From an uncultured Eubacteriales bacterium (GTDB lineage: Bacteria > Bacillota_I > Bacilli_A > RF39 > UBA660), in assembly GCA_900313815.1 (NCBI GenBank), contig OMST01000008.1, positions 1-58,998 on the forward strand: a stretch of DNA of 58,998 bases, given 5' to 3'. Below are positions 29,738 to 39,509 of this stretch, in pieces. Numbering within the stretch: the first letter of the stretch is position 1; every line of letters starts with the position of its first letter. A program made the translations under genes and the position numbers. The notes below the pieces were generated by a model. The model had not been told where the DNA came from. It worked only from the letters and a program-made list of their open reading frames with translations, and searched no databases.

Positions 29738-30130
29738 TTACCATTCTCCTAAATCATCTTTTTTAGATGTTTTTTTACTTTCATCTTCAGTTATATTACC
29801 CTCTATTTCAAATCCTTTTGGGGCACATAAAACTATACCTGGGCCAAGTTTTTGCATAGTACCATCTATAGCATATATAATACCATTTAAGAAGTCCATG
29901 ATTCTTTTAGATACATCAGATGTTACTCTTTTAAAATTAACAACAACTTGATTTTTATTCTTTAAATAATCTGCTATTTGTTGAGCTTCAGAAAAAGCTC
30001 TTGGTTCAACTAAAATAGTTTTATTTTTATATTCTTTACCAGTAGATTTACTAGTATCTTTTACTTCATAGCTTTCAGTATCTTCTTCACCCTCTGGTGG
30101 TTGAAAAATCTTTGATAATTTAATTCCCAT
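29738..30130 (-). CDS. sepF: Cell division protein SepF
   Basis: 130 aa. ILVEPRAFSEAQQIADYLKNKNQVVVNFKRV core typical of SepF/YlmF. Confidence 0.85.
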   Translation of the reverse strand: MGIKLSKIFQPPEGEEDTESYEVKDTSKSTGKEYKNKTILVEPRAFSEAQQIADYLKNKNQVVVNFKRVTSDVSKRIMDFLNGIIYAIDGTMQKLGPGIVLCAPKGFEIEGNITEDESKKTSKKDDLGEW

Positions 30131-30224
30131 GATATTCCTCCTTAGTGTATTTCATACAATATCATTCTATCACACATAAGAATAACTATCAATAATTATT
30201 TATATAAATTCTTAAAAAAAATCC

Positions 30225-31157
30225 TTACGGATTTTTAAATGTATATGCTGAATTAACTACAACTTCATATCTACTATAATTAATATCATTATAATTAGAA
30301 TCATCAGGTATGTATGATTTTTCAACTGTTGATCCATTTGGAGGTAATGCATCTACATAAACTGGACTATATCCAATTATTTTATCATCACTATCATAAT
30401 ATATAACTCCAATATCAATTTCTTCAATCGTATCATTAGTATTGTTTTGTATTGTTAATAATAAATCTTCAGACATAGTTGGTGTTACAGAAATCTTATC
30501 TTCATAAAGATTAATATAAGCTAATTCTGATAATTTAACAGTTATATCATATTTTGAATATTTAGGGCCATCACTTGATAGATGTACTACACCATATGCT
30601 TTTTTAGAAGCATATATACCAGAAATAAAAGTTTCCTTAGTATCTATTAATCCTCCATTTTCATCATAGAAAACTAATTTAACATTAGCATATACAGGGA
30701 CATTATTTTTGTTTTCAACTTCAACTAATATATCACCATCAGCTAAAACATAATCTTTTGCTTCATAGTGTTTACTTAATTCTTGACTTTCTTTCTCTAT
30801 ATCTTTTTCTATTTCATCTATTAAATCATCAATCTTCTTATCGCTTGATAATTTAGGAATAAAATATGCAGCAAATCCCACTAAAGCAGCAACTATTACT
30901 ACAATTATAATTAATAAAACTTTATTATCCTTTTTAGGCTCAGTAGTAGGTTGCCCAAAATTATTAGTATTCATTTGAGGCTCTGCTTGTGGTATAGATT
31001 TTGTCTCAACAGGCTCGATTTGAACTATAGGTTCATTAACTTGCTGTACAGGAGGTACATTTTGAAATGTTGGCTCAGGTGTTGGCACTTGATTACCGAA
31101 AGTATTTTGATTATTATCTGGTATTTGATTACCAAAATTATTGTTTTCGTTATTCAT
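30225..31157 (-). CDS. Hypothetical single-pass membrane protein with an N/Q/P-rich N-terminus
   Basis: 310 aa. Low-complexity N-terminal 75 aa, a TM segment LLIIIVVIVAALVGFAAYFI, then a ~200-aa ectodomain. Its own terminator AAAAATCC-GTAA-GGATTTTTTTT overlaps the stop. Confidence 0.5.
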   Translation of the reverse strand: MNNENNNFGNQIPDNNQNTFGNQVPTPEPTFQNVPPVQQVNEPIVQIEPVETKSIPQAEPQMNTNNFGQPTTEPKKDNKVLLIIIVVIVAALVGFAAYFIPKLSSDKKIDDLIDEIEKDIEKESQELSKHYEAKDYVLADGDILVEVENKNNVPVYANVKLVFYDENGGLIDTKETFISGIYASKKAYGVVHLSSDGPKYSKYDITVKLSELAYINLYEDKISVTPTMSEDLLLTIQNNTNDTIEEIDIGVIYYDSDDKIIGYSPVYVDALPPNGSTVEKSYIPDDSNYNDINYSRYEVVVNSAYTFKNP

Positions 31158-31205
31158 ATTTAAACTCCTTTATTCTAAAAATATATTAGCATATAATTAA
31201 TTATT

Positions 31206-32579
31206 TTAAAAGTCTATTTTTTCACTAATATAATTTATTAATTCATCGACTTTGATAGTTTCTTGCTTCATAGTATCTCTATCTCTGATAGTTACTGTAT
31301 TATTATTTAATGTTTCATCATCTATAGTAACACAGAAAGGAGTACCCACTACATCTGCTCTTCTATAGCGTTTTCCTATATTAGCAGTTTCATCATAACT
31401 AGTCATAAAATGTTTTGATAACATATTATATATTTCAATAGCTTTTTCATTATGTATTTTCTTTATTAAAGGAAGTACACATACTTTATATGGGGCTAAA
31501 TAAGGGTGTAATCTTAATACTTCACGAATAGTACCATCTTCTAATGTTTCTTTATCATATGAATTAAATAATAATGCTAACACTGTTCTATCTAATCCAT
31601 AAGTAGATTCTATAATATATGGAATATATTTTTCATTAGTATCAGGATCTAGATAACTCATATTCTCACCACTATATTCTTGATGACGTGTTAAATCATA
31701 ATTAGTTCTATTATGAGTTCCATTTATTTCACCCCATCCAAATGGAAATAAATATTCTATATCACATGCTGCTTTAGCATAATGAGCTAATTTTTCATGA
31801 TCATGATATCTTAATTTATCTTCAGGAAGCCCTAAATCCATATAGAATTTTTTACCATATTCTTTAAAATAATCATATAGTTTAGAATCTTCTCCTTCTT
31901 TACAGAAAGTTTGATATTCCATTTGTTCAAACTCAATTGTTCTAAATGTAAAATTACCAGGTGTTATTTCATTTCTAAATGCTTTACCTATTTGACCAAT
32001 GCTAAATGGTAATTTACTTCTCATAGCTCTTTGTACATTTAAGAAATTAACATATTCTCCTTGAGCATTTTCTGGTCTTAAATATACAGTGTTTTTAGAA
32101 TCATTAGTAACTCCTCTATATGTTTGAAACATAAGATTAAATTCTCTAATATCTGTAAAATTACATTTCCCACATTTAGGACAAGGTACTTTATTATCTT
32201 TAATATACTTAACCATTTCTTCTTTAGACATTCCATCCCCAATAGAAGAATTAGTATAATCATTTATTAAATTATCTGCTCTATGTCTAGTCTTACATTC
32301 TTTACAATCAACTAAAGGATCTGAAAAACTTGAAACGTGTCCACTAGCTTCCCATACTCTTGGATGCATTAAAATATCAGCATCTACTTCATAAGCATTA
32401 GGACGCTCTTGAATAAATCTTTTTCTCCAAGCATCTTTTACATTATTTTTAAGTCTACTTCCTAAAGGGCCATAATCCCATGTATTAGCAAGTCCTCCAT
32501 ATATTTCACTTCCTTGAAATATAAATCCATATTGTTTACAAAAATTAGTCATTTCTTCCATAGTTATTTTATTTTCCAT
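31206..32579 (-). CDS. glyQS: Glycine--tRNA ligase (alpha2 type)
   Basis: 457 aa. N-terminus FCKQYGFIFQGSEIYGGLANTWDYGPLG and class II motifs. Preceded by a Gly T-box leader. Confidence 0.95.
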   Translation of the reverse strand: MENKITMEEMTNFCKQYGFIFQGSEIYGGLANTWDYGPLGSRLKNNVKDAWRKRFIQERPNAYEVDADILMHPRVWEASGHVSSFSDPLVDCKECKTRHRADNLINDYTNSSIGDGMSKEEMVKYIKDNKVPCPKCGKCNFTDIREFNLMFQTYRGVTNDSKNTVYLRPENAQGEYVNFLNVQRAMRSKLPFSIGQIGKAFRNEITPGNFTFRTIEFEQMEYQTFCKEGEDSKLYDYFKEYGKKFYMDLGLPEDKLRYHDHEKLAHYAKAACDIEYLFPFGWGEINGTHNRTNYDLTRHQEYSGENMSYLDPDTNEKYIPYIIESTYGLDRTVLALLFNSYDKETLEDGTIREVLRLHPYLAPYKVCVLPLIKKIHNEKAIEIYNMLSKHFMTSYDETANIGKRYRRADVVGTPFCVTIDDETLNNNTVTIRDRDTMKQETIKVDELINYISEKIDF

Positions 32580-32815
32580 ATTTACTCTCCATTCCCAATT
32601 ATTTTCTTTTAAATTATTATTAAGGAATAATATTTCATTTATATATTTTTTAACAACATTTTCATATATACTCCTTAAAAAATAAAAACTTCTAAAATTT
32701 ATAAGGGTCCAACAAGGACGGTTCCACCTTATTTATTCTAGAAGAATCACTTTATTATTATAGCCTAGTGCTTTCCACACACATTATCGCTTCACAAAGA
32801 TATATTATCATATTT
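32580..32815 (-). promoter_or_regulatory. T-box leader (Gly) of glyQS
   Basis: Minus strand reads AUAAGG-UGGAACC-GUCC-UUGUU-GGAC-CCUUAU. This is the canonical antiterminator: helix A1, a 7-nt bulge, helix A2. UGGA matches the U73 discriminator of tRNA-Gly. Upstream lies GGAAAGC and a GGC candidate specifier (AGGCUA). A U-run follows the extended helix. Confidence 0.75.
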
Positions 32816-32829
32816 ATAATAAAATTTCA

Positions 32830-32857
32830 ATAAGAAAAAGCCTATTGAGGCTTTTTT
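32830..32857. terminator. Hairpin terminator at the end of the metallophosphoesterase gene
   Basis: aaaagcc (32836-32842) / ggctttt (32849-32855) flanked by A/T runs. Overlaps the stop codon. Confidence 0.55.
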
Positions 32858-34578
32858 ACTAAAGAAGATTTTCTATCATGTGAATATAATTTATCTCTTA
32901 ACATATCTCTTGTTTCAATATATGGTCTTATTTCATCATCATAGCCCATAATTGAATAGATTCTCTTCTTTTGTTCTTCAGTTAATTCTTGATTTGGTAA
33001 TGTTGATATTAGTTTATTAATCATTTTTTCATACTTCTTTTCAATCAACTTAATTTCTTTTTCATTAACTGCATATAATTTTTTAATATCATCTAATAAA
33101 ATATCTTCTGTTTTAATTCCAATACTTTTTTCAACAGCTCTTAAGTAATCAGTATCATCAGTGATTCCTTGAATGCTAATGCCTTTTTCTAATTCTTCTT
33201 TAGTTAATTTAATATTAACTGTTGAATATAATCCCCTATTAGCATCAAATATATATACTTGATGAGATTTATCTGATGAATACATATTACCACTATCCCA
33301 AGCACCATCTCCTGAAGGAGAACCACTTCTAATAACTGTTACACCATTTGAAGATGTTTTCTTTCTTGAAAAATTATTTTCAGTAGCATTATGTAAATGA
33401 CCAGCTAAAACAGTTACATGGTCAACATTTTTAGCTTCTTCTTTAAACAATGTGTCTTTTAGTAATGCTAATCTATCATCATTTAATGCTTTTCCTTCTG
33501 GTGTCTTACCATGAGCAAATATTATTAAGTTATTATTCCAAGAAAGTCCTGTTGTCCACCTACTATCTTTTACCCTACATTCAATTTCAACTTTAGGATC
33601 ATTCCTATATAAATAATATAATTGCATAAATAAAGTATAATCAGTTAAATAATCATGATTACCTGGATTAAATTTAAGAATTAATTTTTCACAATTATGT
33701 TTCATTCTTTCTACTGCCCATACATGAGCTACAATACCATTAGCAATCATTTGTTGGAATCTAGTATCATTATGCTGTTCTGTTCCAGCAGTAGTAGTAT
33801 TTTGTTCAGTATCAGTATTGAAAAAGTCATTTCCAATAGTCATACATATTTCTTTAGCATTATAAGTTTTTTGAACTCTTTCAGCTTCAAGCATAATTCT
33901 TACATATCTATATAACGCTTTTTTATAATCATATGAATCAGTTGAATCAAACTTACTAGCAAGTTTTCCTAAATGTAATTCTACATCAGGAATAACAATT
34001 ATCTTTTCAGGATCATATTTTTGTTTAGATGTTTTTTGGGGAGTTTTATCTGAAAATTTATTTTTTAATAATTGAGTATAAACATTATCATGAGCTAAAA
34101 ATTCTTTAAATTCATTTTCATATATATCAAAGAATGTTTGATCACTTAATGTATTACTTAAATTTCTTTTTACAAATTTAATTGTTAATTTTTGTTGTAC
34201 TGTTTGAGTAACAGTTGTTTCTTTAACAGGCATTCTGGTTTTTTTAATTTCATAATCAGAATACCCCATATCTTCTAAATCATTTCTTGTAAGTATTCTT
34301 TCTTCTTTAGTTGGTACAGTCCAATAACCAGGAATGAATTCTTTTATTTCCCAAATTCTTGGATCTTTATGAAAATAGTCATATAAGAATTCATCTTTTG
34401 ATACTACTTCCATAATTTTTCTTCTAGCTTCTTCTAATGAATCAGTTGGAAGAACATGATATATATTTTTCAAAGTCTCTTCTGTGATAGTAAAGAATGT
34501 TCTTTCTGGTTTAATACCATCATACACCTCAGCACTAAATTTCATATTTAGTACCTCATCACTATATTTTTTACCCAT
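32842..34578 (-). CDS. Calcineurin-like metallophosphoesterase with long N- and C-terminal extensions
   Basis: 578 aa. Ordered motifs IPDVELHLG, IGNDFFN, PGNHDY and GHLH. These are flanked by about 190 aa N-terminal and about 110 aa C-terminal sequence of unknown function. Confidence 0.6.
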   Translation of the reverse strand: MGKKYSDEVLNMKFSAEVYDGIKPERTFFTITEETLKNIYHVLPTDSLEEARRKIMEVVSKDEFLYDYFHKDPRIWEIKEFIPGYWTVPTKEERILTRNDLEDMGYSDYEIKKTRMPVKETTVTQTVQQKLTIKFVKRNLSNTLSDQTFFDIYENEFKEFLAHDNVYTQLLKNKFSDKTPQKTSKQKYDPEKIIVIPDVELHLGKLASKFDSTDSYDYKKALYRYVRIMLEAERVQKTYNAKEICMTIGNDFFNTDTEQNTTTAGTEQHNDTRFQQMIANGIVAHVWAVERMKHNCEKLILKFNPGNHDYLTDYTLFMQLYYLYRNDPKVEIECRVKDSRWTTGLSWNNNLIIFAHGKTPEGKALNDDRLALLKDTLFKEEAKNVDHVTVLAGHLHNATENNFSRKKTSSNGVTVIRSGSPSGDGAWDSGNMYSSDKSHQVYIFDANRGLYSTVNIKLTKEELEKGISIQGITDDTDYLRAVEKSIGIKTEDILLDDIKKLYAVNEKEIKLIEKKYEKMINKLISTLPNQELTEEQKKRIYSIMGYDDEIRPYIETRDMLRDKLYSHDRKSSLVKKPQ

Positions 34579-34697
34579 AATATTACCTCCAAAAAATAAG
34601 CATAACTGAAAATCAAAATATTCCGTTATGCCCTTTCTTATCTTATCTCTAAAATAATCATAATATAAATTGTTTAAAAAATCAATAAAAAAAACAT

Positions 34698-35303
34698 TTA
34701 TTTTTTATTAGAAATAATAGATGAAATTGGTTCAAAAGTTTTTCTATGTTCCTCTAAAACTCCATATTTGTATATAGCTTCAATATGCTTCTTTGTTCCA
34801 TATCCTTTATTATGCTTAAAATCATATTCTGGATACTTTTTATCCCATTCTATTAACATTCTATCTCTTGTAACTTTAGCTATAATAGATGCTGCTGCTA
34901 TAGACTGACTTTTAGCATCTCCTTTTATTATAGATGTACTTGGTATATCTATATCTAATTTAACCGCATCTATTAACACATGTTCTGGTTTAACACTTAG
35001 ATTATTTATTGCTTCTTTCATTGCTTTTTTAGTTGCTTGTAATATATTTATTTCATCTATTACTTCATTAGATGACATACCTATTCCAACAGCAATAGCA
35101 TTTTCCATGATCACGTCATATAATAATTCTCTTTTCTTTTCGGTTAATTTTTTAGAATCATTAATTCTTTCATCATAATAATCCTTAGGAAGAATAACTG
35201 CTGCTGTAACAACTGGTCCAATTAAAGGACCTCTCCCTACTTCATCTACACCAGCAACATATTCTATTCCTTTTAAATATAATTCATTTTCAAAATCCTT
35301 CAT
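34698..35303 (-). CDS. rnhB: Ribonuclease HII
   Basis: 201 aa. [17 protein letters not shown] and the [10 protein letters not shown] pattern. Confidence 0.9.
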   Translation of the reverse strand: MKDFENELYLKGIEYVAGVDEVGRGPLIGPVVTAAVILPKDYYDERINDSKKLTEKKRELLYDVIMENAIAVGIGMSSNEVIDEINILQATKKAMKEAINNLSVKPEHVLIDAVKLDIDIPSTSIIKGDAKSQSIAAASIIAKVTRDRMLIEWDKKYPEYDFKHNKGYGTKKHIEAIYKYGVLEEHRKTFEPISSIISNKK

Positions 35304-35324
35304 AAAAAAAGTATAACATAAAAG

Positions 35325-36509
35325 TTATACTTTTTCATTATTCTTGTTCTTTTTATTTACAAATGTTATTGTAACAAATGCAGTTAAAGCAACTAATAAT
35401 GCAGCTCCTATAGTTAAATATAATATTTGATTATTCTTTTTTTCTTGAGAAGGTAAAACTACTGGTTTATCATCTTTCTCATCATCATATATAAAGTATT
35501 CTCCTTTTTCTTCCCAATCTACTGAATCAAATACTTTTTTTGAATTAGGGTCATCAAAATCTGTATATATCCATCCCTTAACTCCATCTTTTTCATAATA
35601 TATGCATAGTTCTTGATAATCGTTCCATGCGTATGAAACAAATTTAGTTCCGGGTTCAAGTGTAGTTATAACTTTTGATCCTAGTTTTGCTTCTTCATGT
35701 ACTTCAACTGCATCGACAACAGTTACCTCTATTGTGGCATCTGTCTTATATAAAACATCATGTTCACCTACTAACCCAGAAGATCCTTTATATTTTATAT
35801 AATAAGATCTACTCCATGGATCAACATTATATGCCTCATTAAGTATTGTATTTACAGGAATAGAACTTTTAGCTCCAGTAATAGGATCAGTAATCTCAAC
35901 ACTTCGAACCACTATAAACTCTTCTTCAATTCTTTCCATGGCTAAAGAAGCACCTAAGATATTAATATATCCTTTAACACCTTCATATTCGACATATCTA
36001 AATGGATCCCATTCAGATTCAGAATTCTCTCCGTCTTCTAAAATTGCTCTTACTGTTATTTTAGTGCCAGCCTTAATTACTTTTCCAGTATTTTTAGATG
36101 CAACTTGAGGCGCAACTTTAATAGGCATATCTTTTATTGCAATTGCTTCAAAAGGTTTTCCCAACATACTCTCTGTAATCTTATATTCTTTATCGACAGA
36201 TGCTACATCAGAATATAGAATGAATCCACTTTCACCATTATATTCAACTTGTACATAATTGCCTCTATCATCAGCGCCATCAATACCATCATCTTCTATA
36301 TTAAGCATTGTTCCATATGGAATAACATTATTTGTTTTAACTGGATTATAATTCATATCATCATCATACAAAGTACTATAAATATAGGCTCCATTAGGAT
36401 TAATAATAGTTACATTATATGGTCTAACAAGTGGACCACTCATATCTGCCAAAACCAAACATGGTATAAATAATAAGCAAGCAAATAGCATAAATAAAGT
36501 TTTTTTCAT
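35325..36509 (-). CDS. Secreted, C-terminally anchored protein with four SH3b-like repeats
   Basis: 394 aa. Signal peptide MKKTLFMLFACLLFIPCLVLA. Four repeats end in the patterns GESGFILYSDV, GVKGYINILG, GSSGLVGEHDV and GVKGWIYTDF. C-terminal TM followed by a basic tail. Confidence 0.5.
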   Translation of the reverse strand: MKKTLFMLFACLLFIPCLVLADMSGPLVRPYNVTIINPNGAYIYSTLYDDDMNYNPVKTNNVIPYGTMLNIEDDGIDGADDRGNYVQVEYNGESGFILYSDVASVDKEYKITESMLGKPFEAIAIKDMPIKVAPQVASKNTGKVIKAGTKITVRAILEDGENSESEWDPFRYVEYEGVKGYINILGASLAMERIEEEFIVVRSVEITDPITGAKSSIPVNTILNEAYNVDPWSRSYYIKYKGSSGLVGEHDVLYKTDATIEVTVVDAVEVHEEAKLGSKVITTLEPGTKFVSYAWNDYQELCIYYEKDGVKGWIYTDFDDPNSKKVFDSVDWEEKGEYFIYDDEKDDKPVVLPSQEKKNNQILYLTIGAALLVALTAFVTITFVNKKNKNNEKV

Positions 36510-36519
36510 AATTCATCTC

Positions 36520-36870
36520 CTAAAAATAATTAATTATCACACCTATCAAATATGACGATAGATTTAATATCAATGATAGTATATAAGGATTAACTTTTTT
36601 ATATTTTAAATATTTTTTATATAAATATCCCTCTACTATCAACACCATCAATTCTAGCACAAACAGACATATGTTTCTAGGTGTCACCCCATATTTTACA
36701 TTGAAATATACAGGAATAGTACTCACTATTGGATTGGTTATAAAGTTAACAAGTAGTATATTTAATAAATCTTTTTTTCTATATCCTATGACAAATGCAA
36801 CTAAACATTCAATTATAATGGTTAATACTAAACATCTAATCGCAACATAAGGTAAATCACTTATCTTCAT
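36520..36870 (-). CDS. Hypothetical small polytopic membrane protein
   Basis: 116 aa with 3-4 hydrophobic segments, lying 10 nt downstream of the SH3b gene. Confidence 0.45.
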   Translation of the reverse strand: MKISDLPYVAIRCLVLTIIIECLVAFVIGYRKKDLLNILLVNFITNPIVSTIPVYFNVKYGVTPRNICLFVLELMVLIVEGYLYKKYLKYKKVNPYILSLILNLSSYLIGVIINYF

Positions 36871-36977
36871 TTTCTCTTATCACCTTAAATCCAATATAAA
36901 AAGTATAAAGTATCATAAGTAAAATTAAAATCATTAAAATTATAAATGCTACTACTTCATCTATTAAAAACATTTTA

Positions 36978-38042
36978 TCAAATATTACTTTCATTCTTTT
37001 CCTCCTTTTTAATTAGTTTAGCAAGAACATATGAACAAAGTATTGATAATAAAATAATCATAATAATATTTATTTTAATATTTGTTATATTTATAAAGAA
37101 TATAGGTGCTGTTCCTAAAAATAAGCCTATCGTAGTAAATCCAAATGCCAAACCAGGTTTATCTTTATACACACTTGCAAGTAAGGCTAAAGTAATAGAC
37201 ATGGTCATTGAAAAAAACATTACTCCTATTAGAGATATAATCATTATTTTATTTCCAAAACATAAGAATGGAATAGCAAGTAATGTACTTAATATACCAA
37301 CTTTTCTAATACCATATGCATCAGAAAGTATTCCACCCAAACATTTACCAACACCCATTATGCAAAATAATAATATAGTTTGTAATAATGTTTTATTCCA
37401 GCTTGTAGGTATACCATAACCCATGTATCCTCGAACAATTACAACCAAAACTGATAATAATACAATTAAGTAAGGAGACATTTTGCTATTTGCATAATCA
37501 AATTTATTTATATTATTGCTTTTATAAGTACTAGCTAATAATATAAACGGAATCATAGTTATAATTAAAGGAATCATAAATATTGGTAGTAATGATGTTG
37601 AGGCCAATACTTTACCAGTTATAACCCCAAAAGAACCACCACCAACGAATATAGCAGAATGAGATAATTTTCCTTCACTATTTCTTAAAGTACATTCTGC
37701 CCCACTTATATGAATAAAAGCATTTCCAAAACAAAGTATTAATAACGATAATAATATATTTTCAGGGAATAGTAAAAATAATATATATGAGATTATAAGC
37801 AATATTGTTCCAATAATACCTGTGTTTAAATTAGGATATTTATCATTTATATACCCTATTAATCCTTGAGGAACAAATGCAAAAGCATCATATACAAATG
37901 GAATAAACCATACTATATATGATCCATTTGTCACTTTGGATAAATAATAAAAACATACAATTTCAGTAATAAAATGTACATAAAAGTATAAATAACCACA
38001 TTGAATATTTTTAAGCTTGAAAGTATTTAATAGTTTATACAT
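36978..38042 (-). CDS. Polytopic membrane protein (possibly a transporter)
   Basis: 354 aa with about 10-12 hydrophobic segments. No diagnostic motif recognised. Confidence 0.5.
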   Translation of the reverse strand: MYKLLNTFKLKNIQCGYLYFYVHFITEIVCFYYLSKVTNGSYIVWFIPFVYDAFAFVPQGLIGYINDKYPNLNTGIIGTILLIISYILFLLFPENILLSLLILCFGNAFIHISGAECTLRNSEGKLSHSAIFVGGGSFGVITGKVLASTSLLPIFMIPLIITMIPFILLASTYKSNNINKFDYANSKMSPYLIVLLSVLVVIVRGYMGYGIPTSWNKTLLQTILLFCIMGVGKCLGGILSDAYGIRKVGILSTLLAIPFLCFGNKIMIISLIGVMFFSMTMSITLALLASVYKDKPGLAFGFTTIGLFLGTAPIFFINITNIKINIIMIILLSILCSYVLAKLIKKEEKNESNI

Positions 38043-38094
38043 ATTATCACCAATATAAGTATAAATTATATATTAAATAATAACAATATTTTTT

Positions 38095-38125
38095 CAAAAA
38101 AATAAAACTAACTTTAGTTAGTTTT
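38095..38125 (-). terminator. Rho-independent terminator after trpS
   Basis: aaaactaac (38104-38112) / gttagtttt (38117-38125), followed by U7 on the minus strand. The stop codon sits in the loop. Confidence 0.6.
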
Positions 38126-39211
38126 ATTGTATTTATTTATTTGTTCATTTACAAAATTAGGATCATTAAAATAATTTATACCCATAGTTTCTTTAACTTC
38201 ATTAAGTGTTTCATTTGCTATTTTATTTGCTTTTACAGTTCCACTCTTTAATATTTCTATTAATGATGGAATATCTTTTTCAAATTCACGTCTTCTTTCT
38301 CTTATTGGTCTTAACACATCTTGCATTACATCATTAAGAAATTTTTTAATTCTTCCGTCTCCTATTCCGCCTTTTTGATAAGATTTAGTAAGTTCTTCTA
38401 AATTATTAAATTCTGGATAATATTTTTTAAAATGTTCATCATTAACAAATGCTTTTAAGTATGTAAACATTACATTTCCTTCAATAATTCCAGGATCTTC
38501 TATATTTCTTGGAAAAGAACTCATAGAATTTATTTTCTTTTTAATTGTTTCTTCATCATCTGATAAATATATACAATTATTTAGTGATTTGCTCATTTTA
38601 CTATTGCCATCTGTTCCAGGCAATCTGCAACAAACTTCATTGTCAGGTAATACAGCTTTACATTCTACTAAAACATCTTTATTATATGTTCTATTAAAAG
38701 AACGTACTATTTCTCTTGTTTGTTCAAGCATTGGTTCTTGATCATCACCAACTGGTATAATATTTGCTTTAAAAGCCGTTATATCAGCTGCTTGACTGAT
38801 TGGATAGCAAGCAAATCCTACCGGTACTCCTACTTCTTCTTTATCATATTCTTTTTGAGCTATTTCACTTTTTACTGTAGGATTTCTAAGTACTCTTGGT
38901 AAAGTAACTAAATTCATATAATATTCAGTTAATTCGCTTAAAGCAGGTATTTGTGATTGAATACAAAATGTTATTTTTTTAGGGTCTAATCCTACTGCTA
39001 AATAATCAAGCATTACTTCTAGAACATTGTCACGAACTTTAACAACATTTCTAGAGTTATCGGTTAATGCTTGAGCATCTGCTATCATAACAATATATTC
39101 ATCAAAATTTCCTTTGTTTTGTAAATTAATTCGTTGCATCAATGATCCAACATAGTGACCTATATGTAGTTTCCCAGTTGGTCTATCTGCAGTTAAAATA
39201 ATATTTTTCAT
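38114..39211 (-). CDS. trpS: Tryptophan--tRNA ligase
   Basis: 365 aa. HIGH motif GKLHIGHYVG and KMSKS present. The Trp-specific T-box upstream corroborates the call. Confidence 0.9.
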   Translation of the reverse strand: MKNIILTADRPTGKLHIGHYVGSLMQRINLQNKGNFDEYIVMIADAQALTDNSRNVVKVRDNVLEVMLDYLAVGLDPKKITFCIQSQIPALSELTEYYMNLVTLPRVLRNPTVKSEIAQKEYDKEEVGVPVGFACYPISQAADITAFKANIIPVGDDQEPMLEQTREIVRSFNRTYNKDVLVECKAVLPDNEVCCRLPGTDGNSKMSKSLNNCIYLSDDEETIKKKINSMSSFPRNIEDPGIIEGNVMFTYLKAFVNDEHFKKYYPEFNNLEELTKSYQKGGIGDGRIKKFLNDVMQDVLRPIRERRREFEKDIPSLIEILKSGTVKANKIANETLNEVKETMGINYFNDPNFVNEQINKYNKTN

Positions 39212-39480
39212 TTTCTCTCCTCTTTCCTTTTAATATTTTTTCAAAAAAAATCTTATCCTATAAAAATAGGATAAGATTATAAACTTATTTAGCCACCTAA
39301 ATTCATATACTATCATATATGTCCTATAATAACGGAAGGCACCCGTTTTCCCATACTTAATTCAAGGAAACTCTCGTTAGTCCATTCATTATCATAAGTT
39401 ATGAAATGTTTCACCCAATCATTTCTCTCTACAATAGCTTATTTGATAATTACTACTCTAACTCATAGATTTAGTTGTCT
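39212..39480 (-). promoter_or_regulatory. T-box leader (Trp) of trpS
   Basis: The minus strand shows the Stem I elements AGAGAGA and GGGUGAAAC, and a specifier loop GAA-UGG-A (codon at 39382-39384). The T-box reads AAUUUAGGUGGCUAAAU, where UGGC matches G73 of tRNA-Trp (39292-39297). A 12-bp terminator (39250-39277) with U8 follows, just before the RBS. Confidence 0.85.
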
Positions 39481-39509
39481 TCAAATAACGTGATAATTAT
39501 ATCATATTT

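Noticed and set aside
36946-37419. 157-aa plus-strand ORF overlapping the 354-aa membrane-protein gene
   Set aside because: It is antisense to a longer, coherent polytopic ORF. It has no RBS, and its hydrophobicity is the usual mirror artefact of AT-rich membrane-protein genes.
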